64,000 nt of DNA from Alkalispirochaeta sp. (GCA_965242725.1 CBDESZ010000026.1:85399-149398), one strand, 5' to 3'. Positions 19,914 through 29,728 are shown, counted from the stretch's first letter. A program made the numbers and translations. Notes: generated from the sequence alone by a model not told the origin.

Positions 19914-20379
19914 CGGATGCCTCCCTGCCGGTCCCGTCGGTCCCGCCGTTTCGGAACGTTACGGAGACACGCCGGGTGAGTTCATTGTCATGGAGGACTT
20001 CAAAATGGATGGAGATATCCGTCGATTCCGCCAACTCCGGGACGCGGTCAACCCATTCAATAAAGGAGATGCAGCGGGGAAAGCTCTCTTCCAGCCCGAG
20101 CAGGTAAAACTCGTCGGGACCGGCCAATCGGTAAAGATCGATATGGAGTACCGTAAAGGCGTGAAGGGGGTACTCTTCAACGATTGTGTAGGTCGGGCTC
20201 GGCATGCGCTCCGTCACCCCCAGTTCGGCGGCGGCGGCGCGGACAAAGACGCTCTTGCCGGCACCGAGGTCGCCTGAGAGACCGACAACCATCCCGGAGA
20301 CGAGCTTTCCGGCCATGCGGGATGCCAGGCTGATCGTTTCCTCTTCTGAATGGAGGGTATGGACAACGGATTCGGGCAT
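19906..20379 (-). CDS. tsaE: tRNA t6A biosynthesis ATPase TsaE
   Basis: GDLGAGKS, SPTYTI, HIDLYRL, IEW. Confidence 0.95.
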   Translation of the reverse strand: MPESVVHTLHSEEETISLASRMAGKLVSGMVVGLSGDLGAGKSVFVRAAAAELGVTERMPSPTYTIVEEYPLHAFTVLHIDLYRLAGPDEFYLLGLEESFPRCISFIEWVDRVPELAESTDISIHFEVLHDNELTRRVSVTFRNGGTDGTGREASDG

Positions 20380-20388
20380 GGAGGGATG

Positions 20389-20652
20389 CTACGGGAGAGA
20401 ACCGGCTTTGTCGATATCCTTGATATACTGTTTCAGCAATTTCATCGCCGGGACGAGGGGATAGTCCGCCCCGTCCAGAAAACGGACATGTACCTCCTTG
20501 GTACCGTAGGGAGACATCTCAAGGGAAAATTCGATGTTTACCGGCTCGCTCGAAGTCGATGCAATCTGTATGACCGCCGCGGCGCGGTAAAGTCGACGGT
20601 ATTCGATTGCGAGGGGAACGCGTTCAATATGATCTAGTCGTTGTACCTTCAT
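20389..20652 (-). CDS. Small hypothetical protein, probably spirochete-conserved
   Basis: 87 aa ORF collinear with the fliD-tsaE block; IEFSLEMSPYG and DYPLVP motifs. Confidence 0.7.
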   Translation of the reverse strand: MKVQRLDHIERVPLAIEYRRLYRAAAVIQIASTSSEPVNIEFSLEMSPYGTKEVHVRFLDGADYPLVPAMKLLKQYIKDIDKAGSLP

Positions 20653-20705
20653 GAATGCTCTCAGCTTAGACCAGGACTATTGTTTTCGCAAATTCGGCAT
20701 TGAAC

Positions 20706-21599
20706 TCACCGGGATGTATCGCTTTTCTCGGTCAGGAGATGTCGTTGAACGACGTCATTGAACGCGCGAAATCGCGGCAGCATTTCGTATTCAAGGATAT
20801 CACCGATGAGGACCAGATCATTGTGTGTAAAGGCTTCCTCCAGTTCAAGAAACAGCTTGTTCAGCTCGTGAATTGATTCATGAATGGGTGAATCATCGAC
20901 CGTCTCAGTTTGCAGCTCCGGCTTCACCGTCATCAGGACGGGGAGAATACGCAGCTCCTTGGCGACCAGTTCGGAAAAGCGGGTAATCGTATCGAGAGCG
21001 CCTTTGCGATCGCCGCCCTGAATTTCCGCGGGTATCTCTTCAAAGGTGGGCAACACCGATTCCAGCGCCGTGAGGGTATGTGCCATCTCCTGTTCAGGAT
21101 AAAGGAGCTCCCGCTGACGAAGATCAAATATTCTGGTCAGTTCCTCGCATCGCCGGGCGACGGCGGCCCGGACGGCCGCATCATGGTGAGACGCGTCGGC
21201 AAGGGGTTCCTCCAGGAGGCCTTTAAGGTCGGGGGCGTTCCTCTCGATCCCCTGGAGGACATGAGGCAGCTCTTCCAGGACCGCTTCCCGCTGTGATGCA
21301 TCACCTTCATCCATCACCCTTCGGAGAAGATCGGTGTAGGAGATGATCGTTTCAAAATCATTGACCTGACGCTCCCGGACACTTACGGCGTCGACATCGA
21401 GGGTTTCGACCTTTTCTACCGGCGTGTCCCGCCACTGCGTGTCCGACTCAGATACCGACGCGCCGTTCAGGGTAATTGACGTGATTCTATGTCCCGATTC
21501 ATGCAGCCACGCGGATACACCGGCGAAAACCTCTCCGGCTGTCTTTTCATGTTCCAGCTGAAAATCGATGGATACACCGTTTATCTGTATTTTCATCAT
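20706..21599 (-). CDS. Hypothetical protein coupled to fliD
   Basis: 297 aa; overlaps the fliD stop; C-terminal DLVLIGDILEYE motif seen in flagellar-locus hypotheticals. Confidence 0.75.
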   Translation of the reverse strand: MMKIQINGVSIDFQLEHEKTAGEVFAGVSAWLHESGHRITSITLNGASVSESDTQWRDTPVEKVETLDVDAVSVRERQVNDFETIISYTDLLRRVMDEGDASQREAVLEELPHVLQGIERNAPDLKGLLEEPLADASHHDAAVRAAVARRCEELTRIFDLRQRELLYPEQEMAHTLTALESVLPTFEEIPAEIQGGDRKGALDTITRFSELVAKELRILPVLMTVKPELQTETVDDSPIHESIHELNKLFLELEEAFTHNDLVLIGDILEYEMLPRFRAFNDVVQRHLLTEKSDTSR

Positions 21600-23569
21600 C
21601 GGTTTTGTGATCCTTGTGTTCCAAGTCTGTCCAGCGCCTGGGATGTATCTTCCATTTGCTCCATCATTCCTTCCATGCGTCCAAAGTCGGTGCGCAACTC
21701 CTGCTCATAATCCTCAAGCCGCTCGTTGTAGCGGGAAATGCGGTTCTGAGTCTGGTCGATGCGCGTATTGATGCCGTCGGTTCGTCCGGCGATGATGCCG
21801 CCGGTGCGAACATAGGGGGTGACATACTGTTCCAGTGCAACCGCTGCGCCGGTGTCTACGGTGAGGTCGTTGTTGGAGTCACGACCGAAGAGACGTCCCA
21901 CGGACTGGAAATCCCGTGCCAGGGCATCGTCGAGGGCGGTTTCGTTGATTTCAAGATACCCCCGCAGCCGGGATGCGTCGTAGCCGCCGCCCGCACCCGA
22001 TGCGTTTGTTGAAATTCCGATCTCCGAAAGGAGGCCGAAGGAGCCGTCGACGCCGGTGTCGTAGGGATTCATCATGATCGTCTGCAGACGGCTCCGCAGC
22101 TGGTTGAGACTGCTTTCTCCCTGGAAGATACCGAGGCGTTCCTCCATCGTCTCCCGCTCGCTGTCGCTGAAGTATTCAATTTGATCGATCAGCGATTCCT
22201 CGTTCCGGGTATAGATGTTGATGTCCCGAATGACCTGGTTGTAATAACCGACAAACTCGATGATCCGTTCCTTGGCGTTTTCCCGATCGGGCTCTACCGA
22301 TACCTCAACGGGCTCCTGAGAGGGGCGCCGAAGGTTGAGGGTTACGCCCGGTATCAGATCGTCGACGGTATTTGATTCCCGTACGATCTCCACGCCGCTG
22401 TACTCGAGGCGCGCATTCCGGGCGGTCTCCAGTGGACGTGCCGGAACACTGCCGCCCCGCGTCGTGGGATCGACGATTTCGATATTTCGAATTTCCAGCG
22501 TACGGTTTGTATTCCTGTTCACCATCGAGAATCCCGAGGTACTGGAAGGCAGGTCGGAGGCGGCTATCTCCACGGTGGTAAAGGATGACGTTTCAGGAAG
22601 GGGGGGAAGCTCTCGCGCCCCTCCCGTGGTAAGGATTGACAGCGCCCGGTTGTCCTCAACGAAGGGCGGCGGTTCCGGCGCTTCCGGAACGGGAATGTCA
22701 AATCCCAGCGCCTCATTGCGTATGGTGATGTCTCCAAATGTTGTGGATCCCGGATCAACCGCAGCCACGCCGGGAGGAGTGTCAAATGCTTCCTGTTCCT
22801 CCCGGGGGATGTTGATACTTCGCGCTTCATAGCGCAGAACCATTCCGGGAGCGATATTGAAAGGCGAGGGGAGGGACAGCTCTTCCTGTGCCCCCGGCTG
22901 AAGGGTCAGTGGTTCATCGCGGAGGAAGGAAATCGCCTTGTCCGGCTGAGGCCGGGACATGACGCCGATCTCTTCCATGAGGGAGACACCGTCCTGACCG
23001 AATGAAAGCTGTGCGGCGGCGCCTTCCCGAGTCCCTTCAAAAATGATGACATTGGTAGAGGAGGTGTCGGGGACGACGGTGGCTCTGACCACGCCCTCCA
23101 TGCGTCGATTGACCTCCGCTGCAAACTCTCTGAGGGAGCCTCCGGCGAAACGCATGGAGCGGCTCTCGTCGCCCACCGAAAATTCATAGCGACCTGAGGG
23201 GATACGGAAGTCCTGGGAAAGCGGTCGGGAGGCAAATCTGTCACGGCCTGCAGTCTGAAGGACCGTGACCGTTTCAACTCCCTCGACGGCCTGTCTGCTC
23301 GCCGTGGCGGTCAATACCGATTCATCCGAGGATGAGCCGATGCGATCACGAAAAGGGTTTTCAAATCCGTACATCGTACGGGCGGTATCCCGCAATCGAC
23401 CTATCTGCCGGCCAAGGGACTGCCACGCCTGTCGTTGAGTTTCATAGCTTTCAACCTGCCGTTCCATGCGGCGAACGGGAATGCGTTCGACCTCCATGAG
23501 GTCTTCCACCATCTTGGAGGTGTCCATCCCGCGATTATTTGAGATTCCTGGAATCGAAATATCAGACAC
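21596..23569 (-). CDS. fliD: Flagellar filament capping protein
   Basis: MSDISIPGI, MVEDLMEVER, SNTVDDLIPGVTLNL, C-terminal coiled coil; GGAGG RBS with GTG start. Confidence 0.94.
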   Translation of the reverse strand: MSDISIPGISNNRGMDTSKMVEDLMEVERIPVRRMERQVESYETQRQAWQSLGRQIGRLRDTARTMYGFENPFRDRIGSSSDESVLTATASRQAVEGVETVTVLQTAGRDRFASRPLSQDFRIPSGRYEFSVGDESRSMRFAGGSLREFAAEVNRRMEGVVRATVVPDTSSTNVIIFEGTREGAAAQLSFGQDGVSLMEEIGVMSRPQPDKAISFLRDEPLTLQPGAQEELSLPSPFNIAPGMVLRYEARSINIPREEQEAFDTPPGVAAVDPGSTTFGDITIRNEALGFDIPVPEAPEPPPFVEDNRALSILTTGGARELPPLPETSSFTTVEIAASDLPSSTSGFSMVNRNTNRTLEIRNIEIVDPTTRGGSVPARPLETARNARLEYSGVEIVRESNTVDDLIPGVTLNLRRPSQEPVEVSVEPDRENAKERIIEFVGYYNQVIRDINIYTRNEESLIDQIEYFSDSERETMEERLGIFQGESSLNQLRSRLQTIMMNPYDTGVDGSFGLLSEIGISTNASGAGGGYDASRLRGYLEINETALDDALARDFQSVGRLFGRDSNNDLTVDTGAAVALEQYVTPYVRTGGIIAGRTDGINTRIDQTQNRISRYNERLEDYEQELRTDFGRMEGMMEQMEDTSQALDRLGTQGSQNR

Positions 23570-23605
23570 GTCCCCTCCCGTGCCCTACGCGAACCGTAAC
23601 TCCCG

Positions 23606-23968
23606 TCAGACCGATTCGTCCAGAAGCAGGCCGATCGCCTCGCGAATACGTAGGTGTACGCGCTGCAGCTCGCTAGGCGGTAGTTCCTTGATCACAGTAT
23701 CGGTTTCCCGATCGATTACTTTAACTACCATCTGCTCGAGTTGTTCGTTGTACGAGAAACTGAGGCGTTTGTTGAAAGCCCGGGAGACGTCCCGCAGCTC
23801 CTGGGTGAGTTGCTTTACCTGCTCGCGGTTGATCCGTTCTTCCCGCTCACGCAGTTGTTCTTCCGCTCGGGCCGCAAAGGCCTGTCGGACTTCTTCTATC
23901 GGCCGACCCGTATCACGACGCGGGGTATTTGGTCCGTTCGGCAATACGTGTGTAACTTCCATAGCCAT
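23606..23968 (-). CDS. flaG: FlaG family protein
   Basis: LSFSYNE...VVKVIDRETDTVIKELPP...GLLLDESV; GGAGG RBS before ATG 23968. Confidence 0.92.
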   Translation of the reverse strand: MAMEVTHVLPNGPNTPRRDTGRPIEEVRQAFAARAEEQLREREERINREQVKQLTQELRDVSRAFNKRLSFSYNEQLEQMVVKVIDRETDTVIKELPPSELQRVHLRIREAIGLLLDESV

Positions 23969-24074
23969 ACTGTACCTCCATGTACAAGCCAACCAGGAGG
24001 GGAGAGCGCGCGCCCCCCCCTGTGGCCGGGTGAAAGATGACGTCCAGAAATCTTTCACCATAAAAACGGTTTTT

Positions 24075-24929
24075 TTATGCGAGCAGCTGGAGTACAGACT
24101 GGGTCTGCGTATTGGCTTGCGCCAGCATCGCCGTATTGGACTGCATCAGGATTTGATTCTTGGTGTAGTTCACCACTTCTGATGCCATGTCCACGTCACG
24201 AATCCGTGATTCCGATGCCGCAAGGTTTTCAGCCGCAATGGAGATACCCTGCTGTGCAGTTTCAAACCGGTTCTGGTATGCACCCAGATCCGCCCGCTGT
24301 TGCGAGACGCGACGCAATGCCGAATCGATGACACCGATTGCGGAGTTTGCCGCTTCGACGGTGGAGATGCTAATCATCCCCTCCTGACCCTGTGCGTTTT
24401 CAAGTCCCAGAGCCTGTGCGGTCATTGTACCGACAAATACGCGCTCCGATTGGTCCATGTTTGCACCAACTTGAAATTGCATTGTCATTCCCACGGCGCT
24501 GTCCTCGGCAAACGATCCGGTCAGAATATTCATACCGTTGAACTGAGCGTGCGAAGCGATGCGATTGATCTCGTCCACCAGCTGGGAAACTTCCACCTGA
24601 ATCTGCATTCGATCTTCGGCGGTATAGATTCCGTTTGCGGATTGAACCGACAGTTCACGCAGGCGCTGAAGTATATCCTGGGACGACTGGAGGAAACCTT
24701 CCGTCGTCTGGATGAAAGACACTGCGTTCTGTACGTTCCGTTCCGCCTGGTTGAGACCGCGTACCTGGCTGCGCAGCTTTTCGCTGACGGCAAGTCCGCT
24801 GGCATCGTCTCCGGCACGGTTGATTCGCTGGCCCGAACTCAACGCTTCGATGTTCTGCTGGGTTGCAGCAGTCCGCTGGTTGAGAGTCCGGTTTGCAAAT
24901 GCCGCACTCGCGTTGTGATTGATGATCAT
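24075..24929 (-). CDS. flaB: Flagellar filament core protein (FlaB class)
   Basis: [40 protein letters not shown]. Confidence 0.97.
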   Translation of the reverse strand: MIINHNASAAFANRTLNQRTAATQQNIEALSSGQRINRAGDDASGLAVSEKLRSQVRGLNQAERNVQNAVSFIQTTEGFLQSSQDILQRLRELSVQSANGIYTAEDRMQIQVEVSQLVDEINRIASHAQFNGMNILTGSFAEDSAVGMTMQFQVGANMDQSERVFVGTMTAQALGLENAQGQEGMISISTVEAANSAIGVIDSALRRVSQQRADLGAYQNRFETAQQGISIAAENLAASESRIRDVDMASEVVNYTKNQILMQSNTAMLAQANTQTQSVLQLLA

Positions 24930-25154
24930 GTGATCCTCCTTGATACAAGATTACCGGCACTCATTGCCGGAACCTTCTGAAGCGAAGGGGGTTGGAAGAG
25001 TCGTTGCGCGCTTCTTCCAAACCGTTATCCCCGCACAACGAAGGGACACGCCGACTCGTCCATGAGCCGGCTCGTCCCTTCCTGCTCGCCTATCAGGAAG
25101 GATCACTTCCTATGTCAAAGAACAGTATTACTCGGTACCTGAAAAGGTACTACG

Positions 25155-26009
25155 CTATCCGAGCAATTGCAAGACTGATTGTGTCTGCGTGTTCGCCTGA
25201 GCGAGCATGGCGGTGCTGGATTGGACAAGAATCTGGTTCTTGGTGTAGTCCACCACTTCCTTTGCCATGTCGACGTCGCGGATACGGGATTCCGCCGCCT
25301 GGAGGTTCTCGGCACCGATATCGATACCCTTGATCGCCATTTCCAGCCGGTTCTGGTACGCACCCAGGTCAGCACGTTGCTTGTTGATGCGACGCAGTGC
25401 GGAGTCGAGCGTTCCGATCGAGGTATTCGACATATCCGGTGTGGAAAGCGACATGATCGTCTGATCGCCGCGGAGTCCGAGAGACTGGGCGGTCATCGTT
25501 CCGATGTAGACCCGTTCCCGCTGGTCCATGTTTGCCCCGATCTGGAAGTACATGGAAGCCGTCACGATATTGTTGCCATCCTCGCGACCGAAGCGGCCGG
25601 TCAGAAGGTTCATGCCGTTGAACTGCGCATGTGAAGCGATACGATCGATCTCGTCAACGAGCTGCGAGATTTCCACCTGGATCTGCATGCGATCTTCTGC
25701 GGTATAAATACCGTTTGCCGATTGTACGGCCAGTTCGCGCATTCGCTGCAGGATGTCCTGGCTTTCCTGAAGGTATCCTTCCGTCGTCTGAATGAACGAA
25801 ACGCCGTTCAGGGCGTTCTCCGATGCCTGATTGAGTCCGCGAATCTGGGACCGCATTTTCTCACTGACGGCCAGTCCACTCGCGTCGTCCCCCGCCCGGT
25901 TGATACGCAGGCCCGAGCTGAGTTTTTCGATGTTTCCCTGGACCTCTCGGGTGTTAACCGATTGCTGACGCTGCGAAAACATCGCACTCATGTTGTGATT
26001 AATGATCAT
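25155..26009 (-). CDS. flaB: Flagellar filament core protein (FlaB class)
   Basis: [38 protein letters not shown]. Confidence 0.97.
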   Translation of the reverse strand: MIINHNMSAMFSQRQQSVNTREVQGNIEKLSSGLRINRAGDDASGLAVSEKMRSQIRGLNQASENALNGVSFIQTTEGYLQESQDILQRMRELAVQSANGIYTAEDRMQIQVEISQLVDEIDRIASHAQFNGMNLLTGRFGREDGNNIVTASMYFQIGANMDQRERVYIGTMTAQSLGLRGDQTIMSLSTPDMSNTSIGTLDSALRRINKQRADLGAYQNRLEMAIKGIDIGAENLQAAESRIRDVDMAKEVVDYTKNQILVQSSTAMLAQANTQTQSVLQLLG

Positions 26010-26013
26010 ACTT

Positions 26014-26048
26014 CATCCTCCATGAACAGTTTCCGGGCATCCTTGCCC
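26014..26048 (-). promoter_or_regulatory. Two CsrA-type binding hairpins in the flaB leader
   Basis: GGGCA-AGGA-UGCCC hairpin (26048-26035) and UUCAU-GGAGG-AUGAA hairpin containing the RBS. Confidence 0.7.
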
Positions 26049-26107
26049 GTTTTTTTTCGGTTTTCCGGCGGGAGAATACCGACGTGCACGTTTTTCACAT
26101 GCAGTAT

Positions 26108-26134
26108 TCAAGTCCCTTCCCGGAACGCCGATAA
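26108..26134 (+). promoter_or_regulatory. sigma28-type promoter oriented antisense to flaB
   Basis: TCAA-N15-GCCGATAA. Confidence 0.55.
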
Positions 26135-26196
26135 TCAGAGTAGGGGAGATTCTGCCCGCTTCGGCCGTAAGCGAAACAAAGACTTCCCTATACACT

Positions 26197-26224
26197 TTAT
26201 CGGCCGGGGTGGGGATAAACTAAA
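26197..26224 (-). promoter_or_regulatory. sigma28 promoter of flaB
   Basis: Minus strand TTTAGTTT...GCCGATAA (perfect -10 at 26204-26197). Confidence 0.75.
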
Positions 26225-26251
26225 ATTCGGGATGAAGTATTTTTTGGAAAA

Positions 26252-27388
26252 TCAGCGGTAGGTCTCGTCTATAAGCTCGAGATACTGTTTGGCAACCGGA
26301 TCATTGGGATCCAGCTCCCGTACCGTTTCAAAATAACGACGAGCTTCACCGGGCTTGTCCTGTTTCAACTCCAGAACGCCCATATTGGACATGATTTTGG
26401 TGTTGTCCGGTTCAAGCTTGAGGGCTTCCTCCAAATGGCGCCGGCTTTCCTCATGGGATCCGACCTCCATTTCGCAAATGGCGAGTTCATTGAGGGTGTC
26501 CGCATTTCCCCCGCCCAGGGACAGAGCCTTTTCAAATGCGGCTTTTCCGTCTTCAAAACGGGCCAGTCTCCGCAGACCCCAGCCGAGAAGAAACCAGCCG
26601 TTCCAGACATCGGGATTTTTCTCGAGAAACTCCCGTATTTTCTGTATTCCCCGTTCCTCGTCGCCGATCTTAATGAAGTCGAAGGCTTCCTTGAAGAGCT
26701 GGTCATTGAGGTTGTGGGATTTTATTTCCGTGAGAATACGCCGGGCGTGCTCCTTCTTCTCTACGTCGTCGCTTTCAGCGAGGTAATACTCAAGCTGCGC
26801 CTGTGCCGACGGATAGTCCTGGATCTTGATGAAGAACATTCCTGCGTTGAGCCGTACGTCGGGAGCGATATCCTCCCTGGTCAACAGGTCGCTGTAGATC
26901 TCCCTTGCCCGGTGGCGATAGCGTTCCGCATCCTCTTCACGGCCAACCCGCTCAAGGTTATCCGCCCGGTGCTCGTGAGTGATCGCCAGGTTGGCGGGTC
27001 CTTCGGACCGGTCCGGATCCAGGCCCGCAAGGGCGGAAAAAATATCGGTGGCAAGCTGAAAATTTTCGTTCTTTGCGGCGATGATTCCCGTCTCGGAGAG
27101 CTCCGTAAAGATTTCCGGTCGTGCGGCGACGACAAATTGGCGGTAGTAGGGCGCGTATTCGTGATCGGGATCGGCGGCGAGGACGGTGAGCATGCCGGAG
27201 ATGATCATCTCCCAGGTCAATGACTCGACGTTCCATTCCGACGGGTCGCCGTCGGGTTCCACCGGAAGTGGGATGGATGGGTCTATCGCCATATCCCCGA
27301 CGTGATTATGGAAGCTCTCGGGTACGGTAATGAAGAGCAGGCGCTCAATGGGGGACTGTTGGGAGTCGGAAGAAGATTGTGAATGCAT
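26252..27388 (-). CDS. Tetratricopeptide repeat protein
   Basis: Repeated TPR patterns (WFLLGWGLRRL...AFEKAL; LNELAICE...LEEALKLEPDN). Confidence 0.88.
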   Translation of the reverse strand: MHSQSSSDSQQSPIERLLFITVPESFHNHVGDMAIDPSIPLPVEPDGDPSEWNVESLTWEMIISGMLTVLAADPDHEYAPYYRQFVVAARPEIFTELSETGIIAAKNENFQLATDIFSALAGLDPDRSEGPANLAITHEHRADNLERVGREEDAERYRHRAREIYSDLLTREDIAPDVRLNAGMFFIKIQDYPSAQAQLEYYLAESDDVEKKEHARRILTEIKSHNLNDQLFKEAFDFIKIGDEERGIQKIREFLEKNPDVWNGWFLLGWGLRRLARFEDGKAAFEKALSLGGGNADTLNELAICEMEVGSHEESRRHLEEALKLEPDNTKIMSNMGVLELKQDKPGEARRYFETVRELDPNDPVAKQYLELIDETYR

Positions 27389-27430
27389 CGCAGAATCCTT
27401 AGGTTGTTGTACTGGCCGACCGATTCGGCA

Positions 27431-28246
27431 TCAGCCGACCGGTTTCTTTTTGACCAGGCGAAGATAGTTGCTCAGGCGCATTTTGTACGCCATCGGAATC
27501 GTCTCGGCGTTGAAATTGACGGCGAAGGCGGCGATGTCCGATCTGCCTTCCACCGGTTCGTACCGAACGATATTGCCCTTCAGGTGGAGCGTTTCCGTCG
27601 GGTCTTCAAAATCGAAACTGACCTGGATCGGTTTGTTTACAAGAAACTTTGCGAGTCCCGGCATGATGATCTTGGTCCCGCTGAAGGAAATGTCCCGGAC
27701 GAGTGCCCGTCTCGGCACGTTGTCCACGACGACCTGTGCTCCCTTTGAGGCGAGGCCGATCTTCTTGGCGATGTCCGGAGAGACGATAATCCGCTCCTCG
27801 CCGCGTCGCTGCGCCGCATGGTTTGCGTCAAGTATATTTCCGAGACGCTCTATCAGATCATCCGGGGGACGTTGGGTGAAGACGAGATTCATGAAACTGA
27901 GGCCCTTTTTGGGATCACCATAGGACGATATTCCGGATATCTTGGAGGAGACAAAAAAGGCAAGAGGATCGTTCTTTTCCCGCTGAATGAAACTGAACCG
28001 CAAGGTGACGAGGTTTTTCGACTTCTGCAGCGTCTCCTTGAGGGAGGGTTGCATCGTGGTGATGATTTTTGCCCCCGTCATGGAGCTGGAGTAGATAATG
28101 CACGGCCACTGATAGCCCAGGGCTTTTATGAAAACCTGCTTGGTGTTGAGAAAAAGAGCACGAATAATCTCTTTCGTAAATGTCACCTCGGTGGTCTGAT
28201 AGTTCTCATAGTACCGGGATATCTGTTGGCTGGTTGTTACGGCCAT
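27431..28246 (-). CDS. plzA: Tandem-domain PilZ c-di-GMP receptor (PlzA-like)
   Basis: RRGEER (RxxxR) and DISFSG (DxSxxG) motifs after an N-terminal PilZ-like domain. Confidence 0.82.
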   Translation of the reverse strand: MAVTTSQQISRYYENYQTTEVTFTKEIIRALFLNTKQVFIKALGYQWPCIIYSSSMTGAKIITTMQPSLKETLQKSKNLVTLRFSFIQREKNDPLAFFVSSKISGISSYGDPKKGLSFMNLVFTQRPPDDLIERLGNILDANHAAQRRGEERIIVSPDIAKKIGLASKGAQVVVDNVPRRALVRDISFSGTKIIMPGLAKFLVNKPIQVSFDFEDPTETLHLKGNIVRYEPVEGRSDIAAFAVNFNAETIPMAYKMRLSNYLRLVKKKPVG

Positions 28247-28292
28247 CGCTGCCTGCAGATTATGTCATCCTCGGATTGGATGTCAACAAAGG

Positions 28293-28601
28293 CTATCGTT
28301 CAGGAAAGGTGGAATCGATCTTGTCGATGAGGGAAAGGGTGATTTTTTCAATTTCCGCAACGTGGTCCGCCGGCAGGTTAACACCCCGGGGTGGGGTGGT
28401 TTTGTGGTCCCGCTCCCGAAAGAGCTCATCCGTGACCAGAAGTGCTGCAAGGATCGCCTTCTTCAGCGGGTCCCCCGTCGCGACGGAGGACTCAATTTCC
28501 CGGACACGGTCGGAATAGTGATTCAGAATTTTTTCTATGTATTCCGGCGATTCGTCCGACTGTATTTGAAAGGATGTACCAAGGAGCTCAATGCGCATCA
28601 T
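28293..28601 (-). CDS. zapA: Cell division protein ZapA
   Basis: IELLGTSFQI...AILAALLVTDELF. Confidence 0.8.
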   Translation of the reverse strand: MMRIELLGTSFQIQSDESPEYIEKILNHYSDRVREIESSVATGDPLKKAILAALLVTDELFRERDHKTTPPRGVNLPADHVAEIEKITLSLIDKIDSTFPER

Positions 28602-28606
28602 TTCGC

Positions 28607-29065
28607 TCAGAAGATATCGAGTTCCGGCCCCGACTCCTCCGAGTCATACAAATTCTGCGATTCATCATCGGATTCATTGAGTTGTGCCGTCTCGGTGAGC
28701 TCCGTTTCGTCGGCATCGCCGTCATCCGCCGGAATGTTCTCATCCGAGGTATAAGGCTCATCCGCCGTGACTTCCTCTGCCGGCGATTCATCCTGATCGC
28801 TGTGCACGACCCGGTCTTCCTGTACGCCTTCCACGACGGCGTCTTCAACTTCATCAAGACGCTGGAGGGCATTGAGGACACCCTGCTCGATTTCCGCCTG
28901 ATTGGAAGAGTATTGTTCGATCTTGCCTTCAAGATCCTGGATGCGTTCCTGATAACCTTCAAGACGTTCCCGAAGTTCGCGGTTTTCCCGTTGGAGCTCG
29001 CTCGTCCGGGTTATGACACGTTGGACGCGTTCGTCCAGGAGGCGGACCTGTTCAAGACTCAGCAT
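28607..29065 (-). CDS. ZapB-like coiled-coil protein with acidic tail
   Basis: N-terminal coiled coil (LEQVRLLDERV...LQRENRELRERL); upstream of zapA. Confidence 0.65.
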   Translation of the reverse strand: MLSLEQVRLLDERVQRVITRTSELQRENRELRERLEGYQERIQDLEGKIEQYSSNQAEIEQGVLNALQRLDEVEDAVVEGVQEDRVVHSDQDESPAEEVTADEPYTSDENIPADDGDADETELTETAQLNESDDESQNLYDSEESGPELDIF

Positions 29066-29084
29066 AGTTGATTCACCCTTCGAC

Positions 29085-29444
29085 TCAGCTTTTCAGCTGA
29101 GCCTGGGCGGTTGAAACGAGTTCCCGGAATGCGTCGCGATCCTGAATCGCGAGATTGGAAAGGGCCTTGCGGTTGATTTGCACATCCGCCTTGTTCAGTC
29201 CCTCCATGAAACGGGAGTAGGTGAGACCTTCGGCACGGCACGCTGCATTGATACGGGCGATCCAGAGGCGGCGGAAATCCCGCTTTCTCGCCTTTCTGTC
29301 ACGATAGGCGTATTCGCCCGCTTTCATCAGCGCATCTTTGGCCGTCCGGAATGTGTTCTTTCGTCGACCCCAGTACCCTTTTGTCTGGGATGTAATCTTT
29401 CGGCGACGATCCTTTCGTCGCGTTCCGTCTACTGCTCTTGGCAT
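29085..29444 (-). CDS. rplT: 50S ribosomal protein L20
   Basis: KGYWGRRK, YAYRDRKARKRDFRRLWIARINAA. Confidence 0.98.
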   Translation of the reverse strand: MPRAVDGTRRKDRRRKITSQTKGYWGRRKNTFRTAKDALMKAGEYAYRDRKARKRDFRRLWIARINAACRAEGLTYSRFMEGLNKADVQINRKALSNLAIQDRDAFRELVSTAQAQLKS

Positions 29445-29509
29445 TGTATCGTTACCTCTTCAAGCTAATATTACGTTCAGTATTGGTGATGCCGGGAGTT
29501 GCCGCGTCA

Positions 29510-29707
29510 TCAACCGTAGGGGAGCAGCGTCTTGGCCCGTTTCTGCTCGGCAGGGCTGAGAATTCCCGCTTTTCGCAGATGCCGTTTTCTCTTCGTCGAT
29601 TTCTTGGAGAGAATATGACGCATTCCCTGCTTCTTGTATTTTACCTTACCGTTTCCCGTAACGGTATAACGCTTCGCCGCGGCGCGGCGGGTCTTCATTT
29701 TCGGCAT
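29510..29707 (-). CDS. rpmI: 50S ribosomal protein L35
   Basis: [14 protein letters not shown]...[16 protein letters not shown]. Confidence 0.98.
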   Translation of the reverse strand: MPKMKTRRAAAKRYTVTGNGKVKYKKQGMRHILSKKSTKRKRHLRKAGILSPAEQKRAKTLLPYG

Positions 29708-29728
29708 TCCATGCTCCTTGAATCGAAA

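Noticed and set aside
24075..26009. Repeated sequence blocks suggesting a duplication or mobile element
   Set aside because: Explained by conserved termini of two paralogous flagellins
26127..26204. Invertible phase-variation switch at the flaB promoter
   Set aside because: No recombinase nearby, the repeats are imperfect, and inverting the inner segment would not reorient either promoter
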